Shown: positions 1-10,016 of the stretch, in pieces | Numbering within the stretch: the stretch's first letter is position 1 | Layout: every line of letters starts with the position of its first letter | Assembly (NCBI GenBank): GCA_023205875.1 | Contig: CP060757.1 | Span: forward strand, 1,302,001-1,366,000 | DNA: 64,000 bases | Direction: 5' to 3' | From: Chloropicon primus | Lineage: Eukaryota | Position numbers and translations under genes: made by a program | The notes under the pieces: generated by a model | Database searches by the model: none | What the model was told of the DNA's origin: nothing | Seen by the model: the letters and a program-made list of their open reading frames with translations, nothing else

Positions 1-323
1 ATCGTTCTCTTCTGGCCCCCGACCCAGAGGATCAACATGACCCAATAACAGTAGATGGAATACGCTTCCGCGAACTCTTGCAAGGTCTTCCACAGCGGGA
101 AGAGCGGGGTCAGGAGCAGCTTGGCCCACTGGATGAACCCGTACACCGGAGCTATCGCCACGACCCTGAAGCAGCATATCTGCAGTGCTGGAAGGCTGCC
201 TATGGAAAGGTGCTCCTGAAAGGTTCTAAAACAAATGTAGGACGAGATGAGGCACAGAAACAGCACGGAGGACTGAAACACGACGTCCAGCGCCAACTCG
301 GAAACCAGCGCCGACACCTTCAT
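1..323 (-). CDS. TMEM184/LAZ1 (organic solute transporter OST-alpha family), 5' part; runs off the left edge of the window
   Basis: Not in the ORF track. Hand translation from ATG 323 on the minus strand: MKVSALVSELALDVVFQSSVLFLCLISSYICFRTFQEHL...ALQICCFRVVAIAPVYGFIQW...FAEAYSIYCYWVMLILWVGGQ, matching the HL..Q..R...P.Y..W / EA..IYC...GG pattern of the family. Confidence 0.75.
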   Translation of the reverse strand, partial: MKVSALVSELALDVVFQSSVLFLCLISSYICFRTFQEHLSIGSLPALQICCFRVVAIAPVYGFIQWAKLLLTPLFPLWKTLQEFAEAYSIYCYWVMLILWVGGQKRT

Positions 324-681
324 CCCCTGGAACCGCGAGTGGAAAGCAGGGAAAGGGGACGACAACAAGGGTCAGACGAACCCAGAAGCAAGTTCAAGTT
401 CGATGATGCTCGAGACGATTCACTTCCTCTCGAGCGAGGGGCGACGGCGACAGAAGCACGCGCGGCGGTGTGGATGCACCGAGACAAACAGTCGAGCGTG
501 CGCTCCCTTCCCCACCCTTCGCGAACGTGAGAGAGTCGTCATCGTCATTTGGCACTTACCTCGCCCTCGCCAAGGCGTCCTCCTCCCTCGATCAGCCCAC
601 GACGGAGATGATCGCCCCACGATCGATCAGCTGCACCTTTTTTTTTTGGATTGGATAATAATAACGGGCGAGCCTCGAGCC

Positions 682-860
682 TCGGCGCAGGAGGAGGGGA
701 CTTGAGAGAGAGAGAACGAGACCAAGGGGAGGGGACGAGGACGGACGTTGGGGGGAGGAGGGAGATAACGGACGAACGATCCTTGGGTCTCGGCGGCGGC
801 GAAGGAGGAGGAGGAGGGGCTTGAGAGAGAGAGAGAGAGAACGAGACCAAGGGGGAGGGG
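682..860 (+). repeat. Imperfect ~55-bp direct repeat upstream of the SPX-MFS start
   Basis: GGAGGAGGGG(A)CTTGAGAGAG..AGAACGAGACCAAGGGG(G)AGGGG occurs at ~690-735 and ~810-860. Confidence 0.6.
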
Positions 861-864
861 CAGA

Positions 865-3036
865 ATGGTGGGGTTCGGGCAGCAGATAAAGCGGGAGGCC
901 CCGGACGGCTGGGGGGACATGATGCTCGACTACGAAGCCCTGAAGCACAGGATCAAGCTAGCAAAAGGCGCAGGGACGGACCTCCTGGTGAGGAAGGCTT
1001 TGGAGAATTCTTTTCAGCACCTCTTGGACAGCGAATTGGAGAAGGTGCTGGCCTTCTACAAGACGATCTCGCCGGGTCTCGTGAGGAGCATCGGCGCCTT
1101 GAAGGCCGAGACGGGGCGCGTCGCGAGAGCGCTTCACAAGAGCGAGGACGTGGAGAGGCTTGCGAGCCAGTGGGTCGCGGAGGCGCAGAATTTGCATAAG
1201 CTTCTGTTGTACCTGTCTCTCAACCTTGAGGCGCTCAGGAAAATCCTCAAGAAGGCCAACAAGTCTAGCTGCCTCTCCGTCGAGCCCAGGCCAGGTCTCG
1301 TGAAGCTCCGGTTGCAGCTGGGGGACTGGAACGTGGAGCAAGGCTCGTTCCTTCCGGCGGACATTGTCGAGGAGATAAACGTCATGAAGGACCATCCAGA
1401 ATTGGAGGAGGCCGCCGTGACAGTCAAGGTCGCCCTGCAGGAGCTGGACGTGATGAGAAAGCAGCACGCGAAGGGAGGGAGGCTGTCTCTCCATGCCTTC
1501 AGCAGGGAAGGAAGGAGCAGCCACCGCGTGAACAAGTCCTTGAAGGTTCTGCACTCTCAGGTGGAGAAGGTCAGGCTGGCGCAGATTCAGATTGCTCTGG
1601 ACGACGTGGGGAACCGAGCCAAGGCCGCGGCGAGCATAATCGAGGCGACCCCGTATCTCCACCTTGTCGCGAAGGCGGGAATTTTCACGCCGGCGCCCCC
1701 CGAGAACAGGGCGCATGCCACGGTCCAGGGTCTCCTCATCAACCTCGCGGGGGCGTTTCTTTACATGACCAATTACAACCTCGTTCTGCCGACGAACGAG
1801 GCGTACCTGAATCACCTCGACTCCTCTTCCAGTTACGCCGGAGCAGTGGTGGGTTTCTCGGATCTGACAGCAGTCGCCGTATCCTTCGTATACGGGTGGT
1901 GGAGCAACCACACCTTCAAGCAGCCCTTGGTCGCCAGCTCCCTGCTGTCCCTTTTGGGAAACTTGCTGTACGTCGCGGCCTGGGATTCGAGCCCAGGCGG
2001 ATTGGCGTTGCTCCTAGCCAGCCGATTGCTGGTGGGTCTCGGGAGCTGTCGCGCCGTGAACAGGCGCTACATTGCGGACTTTGTGTCGAAAAAGAGAAGG
2101 ACAGCGGCAAGCGCAGCTTTCGTTGCTGCTTCTGCTGGGGGAGCAGCCATCGGGCCTCTGCTGGTCGTTCCCCTGGCTGGGCTGTCAGAGTTCAAGGTGA
2201 TGGGGCATCTGAGCATCAATCCAATCACGGCAGGTGGCGCGCTCATGGCTGTGATGTGGCTCCTGTACACTGCAGCCGTTTGGATCCTCTTCAAGGACCC
2301 GCCGCTCAACCGGGAGGATGGCGATGAGGATGGCGATGAACGGCACGAAGGGGAATTCCCAGAGCACGACAACAACTCCATCACGAGGCCGTTGCTCGGC
2401 GGTGGGGAGACCTCAGGCGGTGGGAGAGTGGACATGCAACCAGTTTGGGTCACGATTTATGCGCTATTCACTCTGAAGTTTGTCCAGCAGGGCACATTAT
2501 CGAGTTTTCCAGAGTTTGCGCACAACTTCTACGCCTGGACAACAGGAAAGATTGGGGTCTTCTTATGCGTTGCGTCCCTCGCGATGCTCCCGTTGAACTT
2601 TGTCGTCGCGATTTTGGCGGCCAGGTACAGCGACAGGAAACTCCTGTTCTCCTGCGAGGCCCTGAGCGTGGCAGGATTGCTGCTCATGCTCTGCCTCAAT
2701 GGCAGGAGACCCCTCCTCCCCTCGTACGTGTGCGGGGCTTTGCTGGTCTACGGCACGACGATCGCCATGGAATCTTGCTCCATGAGCTTGCTCTCGAAGA
2801 AGATTCCAGGATCCATGCGACGCAGCACGTGCAACGCAGGCCTTCTCGCCACGCAGGCGGGCTCCTTCGGTAGGTTCCTGGGGAACATGGCCATCACGCT
2901 CTTCGGCGCCCTCCTCGGAGGCGGTCACTTAAGTGCCAAGATCGTCCTCTTTGACCTCGTGTTCTTCGGAACCCTCCTCGCAGCCACTGCCGTCCTCCTC
3001 GTCTACACCTTAATCATGTACAGGCGCCTCGATTAG
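865..3036 (+). CDS. SPX-MFS vacuolar phosphate transporter (PHT5/VPT family)
   Basis: N-terminal SPX (MVGFGQQI...LDYEALKHRIK; LNLEALRKILKK) followed by an MFS region with FLYMTNY and RAVNRRYIAD motifs; 723-aa intronless ORF. Confidence 0.92.
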   Translation: MVGFGQQIKREAPDGWGDMMLDYEALKHRIKLAKGAGTDLLVRKALENSFQHLLDSELEKVLAFYKTISPGLVRSIGALKAETGRVARALHKSEDVERLASQWVAEAQNLHKLLLYLSLNLEALRKILKKANKSSCLSVEPRPGLVKLRLQLGDWNVEQGSFLPADIVEEINVMKDHPELEEAAVTVKVALQELDVMRKQHAKGGRLSLHAFSREGRSSHRVNKSLKVLHSQVEKVRLAQIQIALDDVGNRAKAAASIIEATPYLHLVAKAGIFTPAPPENRAHATVQGLLINLAGAFLYMTNYNLVLPTNEAYLNHLDSSSSYAGAVVGFSDLTAVAVSFVYGWWSNHTFKQPLVASSLLSLLGNLLYVAAWDSSPGGLALLLASRLLVGLGSCRAVNRRYIADFVSKKRRTAASAAFVAASAGGAAIGPLLVVPLAGLSEFKVMGHLSINPITAGGALMAVMWLLYTAAVWILFKDPPLNREDGDEDGDERHEGEFPEHDNNSITRPLLGGGETSGGGRVDMQPVWVTIYALFTLKFVQQGTLSSFPEFAHNFYAWTTGKIGVFLCVASLAMLPLNFVVAILAARYSDRKLLFSCEALSVAGLLLMLCLNGRRPLLPSYVCGALLVYGTTIAMESCSMSLLSKKIPGSMRRSTCNAGLLATQAGSFGRFLGNMAITLFGALLGGGHLSAKIVLFDLVFFGTLLAATAVLLVYTLIMYRRLD

Positions 3037-3050
3037 CGCGGATTAATCGG

Positions 3051-3289
3051 ATGAACAGCAGCTCTGAGATGAACAATCTGCACCAAGGCTTCGCCGAGCT
3101 CGGCCTGCAAGTCGCGAAGATTCTCTTCCGGAAGGTCCAGAAACTCTTGTGCGAGGTCCTGACATCCAAGGCTTTCCAAAGATTCCCTCTTCCCCCTCGT
3201 TACTCTCCCGGGCGTCTTGTTCCTCGCGCAATGTCCCCTTCGTCCTGCCCTGCGTCTCCCTCGAGAGAGGCCCCTTTCCTGGAGCTCAA
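3051..3289. repeat. Dispersed ~240-bp repeat, family A copy 1
   Basis: Near-identical to 32789-33028 (a few substitutions and a 2-nt indel). Confidence 0.93.
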
Positions 3290-3295
3290 TTTGGC

Positions 3296-4063
3296 ATGGT
3301 GTCAACGATGTCGTCGTTGGTGGAGGTGTTGATGCGGGTGGTGCGGGCGGGGGTACTGAAGGTTCTGTCGTCCGGCCCAATCCCCGCTCACCTCGGGATC
3401 ATCATGGACGGGAACAGGCGGTACGCCACGAGACGGAAGCTTCATACGACGAGTGGGCACCTCAAGGGCTTCGATAAACTGCACGAGATGTTGTTTTGGC
3501 TCCTCGACGTGGGAATACGGAACGTGAGCGTGTACGCCTTCAGCATAGACAACTTCAAGCGGACCGAGGACGAGGTCCGTGCCCTCATGGACCTCGCGCA
3601 CGAGAAGTTTCAAGCCCTTCTTAACGACATGGACCTGATCCACCGGTACCAAGTCCGGGTGCTGGTGACTGGTGATCTAGCGAGGGTTCCGGTCAAGGTG
3701 GGGGAAGCGGCCGAGTCGCTCATGGAGGCGACGAGGAAGCACTCAAAGTGCGTCCTCAACATCTGCTTCGCGTACACGGGTTGCTACGACATAGGGTGCG
3801 CAGTCAAGGCGGTTGCGGGGGAGGTGGAGCGGGGGGAGGTGGACCCTTCTGAAGTGGACGGGAGGTTGGTGCGGGACCGCCTCCTGACCCACGGCATGCC
3901 TCCCGTGGATCTGCTGCTCAGAACTTCTGGGGAGAAGCGCTTGAGCGACTTTCTGCCGTGGCAGTGCGGCGGTGCCCACTTGGCCTTCATCGACACGCTG
4001 TGGCCCGAACTGTCACTGTGGGACCTGGCGCAAGTGATTTTGGAGTATCAAGACACGCGGTAG
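3296..4063 (+). CDS. cis-prenyltransferase (dehydrodolichyl diphosphate synthase-like)
   Basis: PAHLGIIMDGNRRYA, YAFSIDNFKR, DLLLRTSGEKRLSDFLPWQ, LWPE; ATG at 3296 chosen over the GTG that lies inside repeat A. Confidence 0.92.
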   Translation: MVSTMSSLVEVLMRVVRAGVLKVLSSGPIPAHLGIIMDGNRRYATRRKLHTTSGHLKGFDKLHEMLFWLLDVGIRNVSVYAFSIDNFKRTEDEVRALMDLAHEKFQALLNDMDLIHRYQVRVLVTGDLARVPVKVGEAAESLMEATRKHSKCVLNICFAYTGCYDIGCAVKAVAGEVERGEVDPSEVDGRLVRDRLLTHGMPPVDLLLRTSGEKRLSDFLPWQCGGAHLAFIDTLWPELSLWDLAQVILEYQDTR

Positions 4064-4219
4064 AAGCAACGCGTGAGCCTCGACTGGTTAGAGAGGCCCC
4101 ATTGTACGATTAGTATCATAAACGACTGCGGGGAGAAATGTTACAGAGCGTGCTCTTTGTTACAGGTCAATTATCACATTCAATGTACAAGTTTTTTTTT
4201 TCTCTCTCTCTCTCCTCGC

Positions 4220-6982
4220 TCACTTCAGCTTGGCCGCGGCTTTGGCCACGGCTTTCAAGCTTTTCGTTCCTTTGCCACCCTTTTGCGGCGTCTTCTGGGC
4301 CTGCCTTGATGCCGCCCTCTTCGACTTCTGGACGTTGCAGCTCTTGATTCTCCTCATGTACGTTCCCAAGTTCACCGGCTCCACCGGATGCTCGTCGAGG
4401 TTCACGTCGTCTGGAATGTCGAAACCATACCTGAGGTACATGTTCAGCGTACCATAGTCGCAATCAATGTCTGCCGTGAGGATGCCTATCCTGGCCTGCT
4501 CGAGCGTCAGCATGTCGTCGTAAGGGTTTTCAGAGGTTGTGCCCATCGCTTCTATCAATGCCTCCTCGAGAATATGCAGATACTGCTCCCTCTCCGCGAG
4601 GAACTGGTCTCTAATCTCCTCCGCAAACTGACCCTGGTCGCCCGACCTGTCTTCCTCGAACAGAAGCTCGTACATGACCCAGTCGCCCTGCTGGTCTTGC
4701 TCCAGGCACTCCCACAGTGTCTCGAGCTGCTCCTCTGACTTGTTGCTAAAGTGTTCCTTTGTGACCTTCATGAAGTCGAGCTTGGGCAGTCTGCCGATGA
4801 CCTTGCCTCCCACAGCAAAGTCTGCGGCCCTCAGCTCCTCCTTGTACTTCTCTATCATGTGCATCTGGTCGCGATACACCTCCTCGCCGATTTCACCCTG
4901 CAGGACCTTGAGGAAAAGCTCGCAATCAGCATCGTACGAGTACTTCTTCAAAGCATTGATGAGGTTGTAGCCCCACTCGGCAATCATGGCCTGGAGTCCG
5001 AACTTCTTCTGGAGGAACGCGAAGAAGAACTCCTCCATGGTCATCTCCTGGCCCCACTTCATCTTTTCCCTCCAGGCCTCCTTCACCATGCCCTCCGCAG
5101 TGGCCTTGATGAGCTTCCTGTTTCTGATCTTGTTGTTCGTCCTGAGGTACTTTGGAACGTTGCTGCCCGTGCCCAGACCCACAAAGTACGAGTCCCTGCT
5201 GTACTGGCCAACGCTCTTGGTCGACATGATCGGCTTCTTCTTTTCCTTGCCCGCCAGCAAGTCACTGTGCAGAATTGTGGACATGATGTTCGCAAAGTCG
5301 TTCACGGTTGCTACGTTCATCATCTCAAGCTCCTCCAGACTACTTCCGGTGCACTTGATGAACGTGTTGCACACGTCAGAGTGCGACAGCAGCGAAATGA
5401 AGAGCTCCTTGCATGTCAGCTTCTGGTCGACCGGCCTCTCGCTCGATATCACGCTTCCCATGATGTCCGGGCTTGGGTTCTTGTCGTTCTGCAGTCGGTA
5501 CTTGAGGATTGCGATCTGGGACGTGTCCAACAGGCCCTCGAGGGCGCCCATCTTGCCAAGCTTGAACCTGTTCTTCAAGAGCTCGTTGAAGTTCGAAGGG
5601 GTGCTCGGAACGCTTCTCGCGTCCACCGACTTTGGCAAGGCGGCCAAGGCTCCCGAGAGGACGAGCTTCACCAACGATATGGTGTTCCTGTCCCCGACCA
5701 GCCTCGCGGAGGAGGAGACTCCTATCTGCTCTATGCAGACTGTGAGCCTCTCCAGCTGCTGCTTGTTCTTGATGAACTTCTTGATCTTGTCGCTCACGCC
5801 CTTCGTCTCCAGCTCTTGGCTGATGTCGTCCACGGACAGGTCTCCCTGAAGCAGGCCGCACAAGTCCTCGAACTCGAGGACCTTGAGGACCTTCGAGTTC
5901 GCCACGCTCAGGATCTTGTCCACAACGGAGTCCTCGGCCTTCTCTGGATCGTCCTCCATGATCTTCTCCGCCAGCTTGGACAGGGTGGTGAAGGTGGCAG
6001 CGTCCATCCTCCTGGCGACCAGGGACACGCCAGCCTCCGCCCTCAGCCTCTTGATCTCTTCCAGGCAATTGTCGTAGTTCTCCCTCGGGATGCACTGGGA
6101 CAGCTTCGCCTGCATCTGCTCGATTCTCTCGAAGGCCCTGTCCCTCTCTATCTTCAGGCGCTCCACGGTCTGGGACGCCTCGCTACTGGCGAAGTTCACC
6201 GTCTTCGCACTCATGATCTCCTTCTCCGCGGTGACCAGAGCGTTCTCCTTCTCGTTCATCCAGAACTCGAGGACCTCGATCTTCCTGTTCTTCACGTCCA
6301 TGTACTTTTGCTGCTGGTTCAGCTTCGCCCGAAGGTCCTGGTTCTCACACATTATCTGCTCCATTTTCGTCTTCGCCTGGGACATCTCCAAGAAAGCCTT
6401 GGCGTGAATCGTTTTCCTTTGCCTCTCCGCGTTCCTCTCGAAGATCTCGAGCTTGGCCTTCAGATCCTGCTGCTCGCTCGCTTGCTTCTGCAGGTACTCG
6501 ATGTACGACTCGTACTCGTCCTTGATCGTTTTCAGCAGGTGGCCGTAAGTCCGGAACTCCATGATGAAAACCTCAAAGAGCCTCTGGAAGACTTCAAACT
6601 TCGCGAAGTTGTATCCATCCTTGTCAGACAGCTCCAAGAAACCCATCTCTGTCTGCACGAACGATTCTAGCTTCCTCAGCAGCGCTGGCTTGTTCTTGTT
6701 GCCTTTTGGTTTCACGGGCCAAGTGTCGAACTGGACGCCTACTGGAATCTTGCACCCGAGGAGGTAGCGCGGGTCCCACAGATTCTCCTGCGAAATTTGA
6801 CTGAACCGCTTCAGCTTCTGCGGACTCAGCTTCGAGGCCCTCCTGTAGAAGGACTTGCCCTCCGCATAGCTCATCGATGTCTTGAGCTTTCTGTCCGAGA
6901 ACGAGGACAGCAGAGACCTGTCCCCGGCGAGCTGCGTCTCAGAGGTGTGCGCCCTCATCGACGAGTGTTGACCCATGGCCAT
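4220..6982 (-). CDS. TSNAXIP1: Translin-associated factor X-interacting protein 1 (TSNAXIP1)-like coiled-coil protein
   Basis: N-terminal LRKLESF...FEVFIMEFRTYGHLLKTIKDEYE and C-terminal YFVGLGTGSNVPKYLR...EWGYNL...DCELFLKVL blocks. Probable upstream intron (donor ~7187, branch GCTAAC ~7100), so the start is uncertain. Confidence 0.78.
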   Translation of the reverse strand: MAMGQHSSMRAHTSETQLAGDRSLLSSFSDRKLKTSMSYAEGKSFYRRASKLSPQKLKRFSQISQENLWDPRYLLGCKIPVGVQFDTWPVKPKGNKNKPALLRKLESFVQTEMGFLELSDKDGYNFAKFEVFQRLFEVFIMEFRTYGHLLKTIKDEYESYIEYLQKQASEQQDLKAKLEIFERNAERQRKTIHAKAFLEMSQAKTKMEQIMCENQDLRAKLNQQQKYMDVKNRKIEVLEFWMNEKENALVTAEKEIMSAKTVNFASSEASQTVERLKIERDRAFERIEQMQAKLSQCIPRENYDNCLEEIKRLRAEAGVSLVARRMDAATFTTLSKLAEKIMEDDPEKAEDSVVDKILSVANSKVLKVLEFEDLCGLLQGDLSVDDISQELETKGVSDKIKKFIKNKQQLERLTVCIEQIGVSSSARLVGDRNTISLVKLVLSGALAALPKSVDARSVPSTPSNFNELLKNRFKLGKMGALEGLLDTSQIAILKYRLQNDKNPSPDIMGSVISSERPVDQKLTCKELFISLLSHSDVCNTFIKCTGSSLEELEMMNVATVNDFANIMSTILHSDLLAGKEKKKPIMSTKSVGQYSRDSYFVGLGTGSNVPKYLRTNNKIRNRKLIKATAEGMVKEAWREKMKWGQEMTMEEFFFAFLQKKFGLQAMIAEWGYNLINALKKYSYDADCELFLKVLQGEIGEEVYRDQMHMIEKYKEELRAADFAVGGKVIGRLPKLDFMKVTKEHFSNKSEEQLETLWECLEQDQQGDWVMYELLFEEDRSGDQGQFAEEIRDQFLAEREQYLHILEEALIEAMGTTSENPYDDMLTLEQARIGILTADIDCDYGTLNMYLRYGFDIPDDVNLDEHPVEPVNLGTYMRRIKSCNVQKSKRAASRQAQKTPQKGGKGTKSLKAVAKAAAKLK

Positions 6983-8133
6983 CGTCCTAATGCGCCGCCT
7001 CAGGGCGTCGTCCGCCGTTCTCGTGCTCCTCTTCCCTTCGCTCGCTGTCCCGGTATTGTGGAGAGTCAAAAGTCAAACACAGAAACAAGGAAAAGTTAGC
7101 TTTTTCGCGTGCCAGCGTCGAGCCAGGTGCGCTCGCATTGCCAGCTGCGTTCCCAGGCAAGGGAGTCCTCGGGGGCTGCGACCTTACCTGACTCGTAAAG
7201 CTCTCCCGACAGCTGCAGAGAAAGGGATGGGAGATGGGGCAACACGGAGGACGGCACCTCGGATAAGTCCGCTGTGCCATTGCCGTAGTTTGGACCTTTG
7301 CGCGACGTGGCACGCATGTTGACTCTATCGCAAGCCCCCCTTATCCACTACCTCCTCTCCTTCTTTTCCCCTTCCACCTCGGTCCGAGTCCTCTCTATAG
7401 CGTCTATCGGTCCCTTGTCCGTTGGACACACTAGTCTCCAAACTCTCGAATCCTCGGAGCGTCTCTCCAGAGGGCGTCTCCTCTTGTCCAACGTCTCTCC
7501 TTTGCGTCTTGCTCCTCTTTCTCCTAATCCCTTTATTGCCCTGATCTCGTCCACCGTGTGTTCCGGTCTTGTCCTCCCCCTCCCGTCTCGTGCGGTGGTG
7601 TGTGTATGGCCGTCTTCCCCCTCCTGTCGTCGATTGACTTTGATACTCCCGGGCCATTAACGGTCCCAAGGAAATCTTGCCCCAACCGGGACCTTGGGAG
7701 GAGGACAGCTCCACCTTGTGTAACCTCGAACGAGAAATGGAGGACCAAGGCGACCGGTCAATACGAGTACGAGTAATGTTATAGATAGGACATATGGGAC
7801 CACAGCAGAGGATCGTCCAGAAGACGGGAACGGTACAGGAACAGAGGGGGCGGGGATCCCACGGAAATGTTGACTCCCTTTGGAGAGAGCCAGGGGAGAG
7901 GAGGGAGGAGTGGGATTGATTGTTGACCTCGGGAAGGAGTTGTTGGGTAGTTCTCGCAAGCAAGGCGTGCGGGGGCTCGAGGGGAGGACAGGGGCAAGGA
8001 CTCCGCGCAGGGACCGAGTGGACTCGAGTTCTTTTGCCTTACGGTGCGGTGCAGCAAGGTCTGCCTTTTGGAGAGAAAGGAAAACACTCGAGGGAGGTGG
8101 AGCACTACACCTTGGTGTAGGTTGGAGGGAAAG

Positions 8134-9210
8134 ATGGTGGAGGGGGAAGAGGGGCAGCTGGCCAAGGCCGAGAGGAAGTCTCAGTTCAAGAGCCTCACGG
8201 ACGAGAATGCCATTGAGCACATGCTGCAGAACGAGAACATTGGGGAGGAGCCCACGACGTCGACCATACCGGCGTACATGATCCCTAGTCTGTCGAGCAC
8301 CCTGCCGGTGTACTCGAACAGCGAGCAGGACTACATTCGGAGGGCCTTCCAGTCCGCGAATTACGATAGGATCTCGAACCTGCCGGACAACATCAAGGAG
8401 GAGGAGGTCACGAAAGCGAGGACGGACCACATCGATGACACGCTGAACTCGAAGTACACGACAAAGTCTTTGACGAAGGGCACCCTGACGAAGACGGGCC
8501 TCTTCCAGGAATTCGAGTACATCCCGTCCCGGTACACTTTGGCCGACGAGCTCGCTTCGATACAGAGGATAGACTCGGAGAAGAAGCGGTCGACGATAGC
8601 GGAGCTTGACTTTGCGCCCACGGGAACGATCAGGAAGCTGAAGCACGAGGACGGGTTCCAGGTCGGGAAGAACTTCCCGTACGTCAGCGACCCTTACGAG
8701 TCCGCCGTGGAGCAGATTCTGATGACCAAGTGGTCCCAGGAGGAGAAGAGAATCTGCGGACCCTTCATTCCTTCAGGGAACGACAGCGCTCTTGTGGACC
8801 ACGCCCCCGCCGCCCCGACCAGGCTCCTGATGCAGGAGGTGATGGAGAGCCTCAAGAAAGTCATACAGAAGGACTGGGAAGACGCCGTTTTCGAGATTTT
8901 CACCAACAAGCAGCAGGAGTGGGTGATTCGCTTCGACTTGAAGAGCATCGAGTCCGAGACGGGCCTGTCTGCGTACATGAACGTCTTCATCCGCTGCAAC
9001 GAGGAGATCATAGCTCACAGCTTGACCAAGGTGTCCGACCAGTGGAGCTACAAGCCTGATGAGAACCACATCGTGTTCACCTTGCGACCGCCGTGGGTTC
9101 ACGTCAGCAAGCTCGAGTCCTTCTATAAGCTTCACCCCACCCTCAGGACCTACAAGTCGACCAAGGAGGCCGCGGCAGCGATGAAAGCGGCGGCGAAGGC
9201 CATGGAGTAA
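8134..9210 (+). CDS. Uncharacterised protein (359 aa), possibly cilia-associated
   Basis: Long ORF with host-like codon bias; FEYIPSRY and PYVSDPYE motifs; family not securely recognised. Confidence 0.7.
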   Translation: MVEGEEGQLAKAERKSQFKSLTDENAIEHMLQNENIGEEPTTSTIPAYMIPSLSSTLPVYSNSEQDYIRRAFQSANYDRISNLPDNIKEEEVTKARTDHIDDTLNSKYTTKSLTKGTLTKTGLFQEFEYIPSRYTLADELASIQRIDSEKKRSTIAELDFAPTGTIRKLKHEDGFQVGKNFPYVSDPYESAVEQILMTKWSQEEKRICGPFIPSGNDSALVDHAPAAPTRLLMQEVMESLKKVIQKDWEDAVFEIFTNKQQEWVIRFDLKSIESETGLSAYMNVFIRCNEEIIAHSLTKVSDQWSYKPDENHIVFTLRPPWVHVSKLESFYKLHPTLRTYKSTKEAAAAMKAAAKAME

Positions 9211-9413
9211 CGCAAAGGCACACCCCGGCGTGAGGAGCACTCAAGGGAGGAGGAGGCACTCATTGTAAAAACGACGACTAGTTATTTGTATCAAAAGCTG
9301 AACACCACGAGAAAAAGGGGAGTTGAACATGAACAACACCAACCAAAAAAACCTTCGCCTTCATCACCCCCTTGGTCTGCAACCAACTCCGAAGATCTTC
9401 TGGATTAATTTTG

Positions 9414-9860
9414 ATGCGTGCGCCCTTCGTCTTCCCCTTTCTGGGCGGGCGGTTCGGCAAGGGCCAAGGGAGGGAGAGGCCGGCGCCGTCGAGTCGTGGA
9501 GCGAGCGCGAGGCAGCTCGCCATCGCTTTGGCCGACGACTCGCGGTGCACGCTCCTCTCCTTCTACTCGCCCAACTGCAAGCTCTGCGGCAGGATCGGCC
9601 ACCAGGTGGAGGAACTCGTGGAGGAGCAGGAGAGTCACTGGCTGAATCTGGTGCGCCTGAACGTCGAGGACGAGATCTGGACTCCAGAGGTGTCGTACTA
9701 CTCGATCAGCTACGTCCCCTGCCTCCTCCTGCTCGACAGGAAGAACCGAGCGCGAGCGAAGAGCGGCGTGCCCAAGTCTCAAAAGGTGGTGGAGGAGAGT
9801 CTCCACGACATGCTGGTAGAGGGGCGCAAGAGGTTCGGACGAAAGCGCGCAAGCGGGTAG
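9414..9860 (+). CDS. Thioredoxin-like protein (HCF164-related fold, CKLC active site)
   Basis: FYSPNCKLC...WLNLVRLNVEDEIW.PE...YVPCLLLLD...AKSGVP. Confidence 0.82.
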   Translation: MRAPFVFPFLGGRFGKGQGRERPAPSSRGASARQLAIALADDSRCTLLSFYSPNCKLCGRIGHQVEELVEEQESHWLNLVRLNVEDEIWTPEVSYYSISYVPCLLLLDRKNRARAKSGVPKSQKVVEESLHDMLVEGRKRFGRKRASG

Positions 9861-10016
9861 TGCGAGGAGGAGAGAGAGGCAGACCTCTCGGGCGTCTCTC
9901 CCCTCTCAGCTGTAACAGTAGTTATTGTGTTGTGCCATAATATACATTATACCCCAAAATAATGACAGTGTGAGTGCCACTGCTGACTAATAGTACTCCT
10001 TCACCACGACGTGCGT

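Noticed and set aside
78..530. 150-aa + strand ORF
   Set aside because: Antisense to the better-supported TMEM184/LAZ1 frame.
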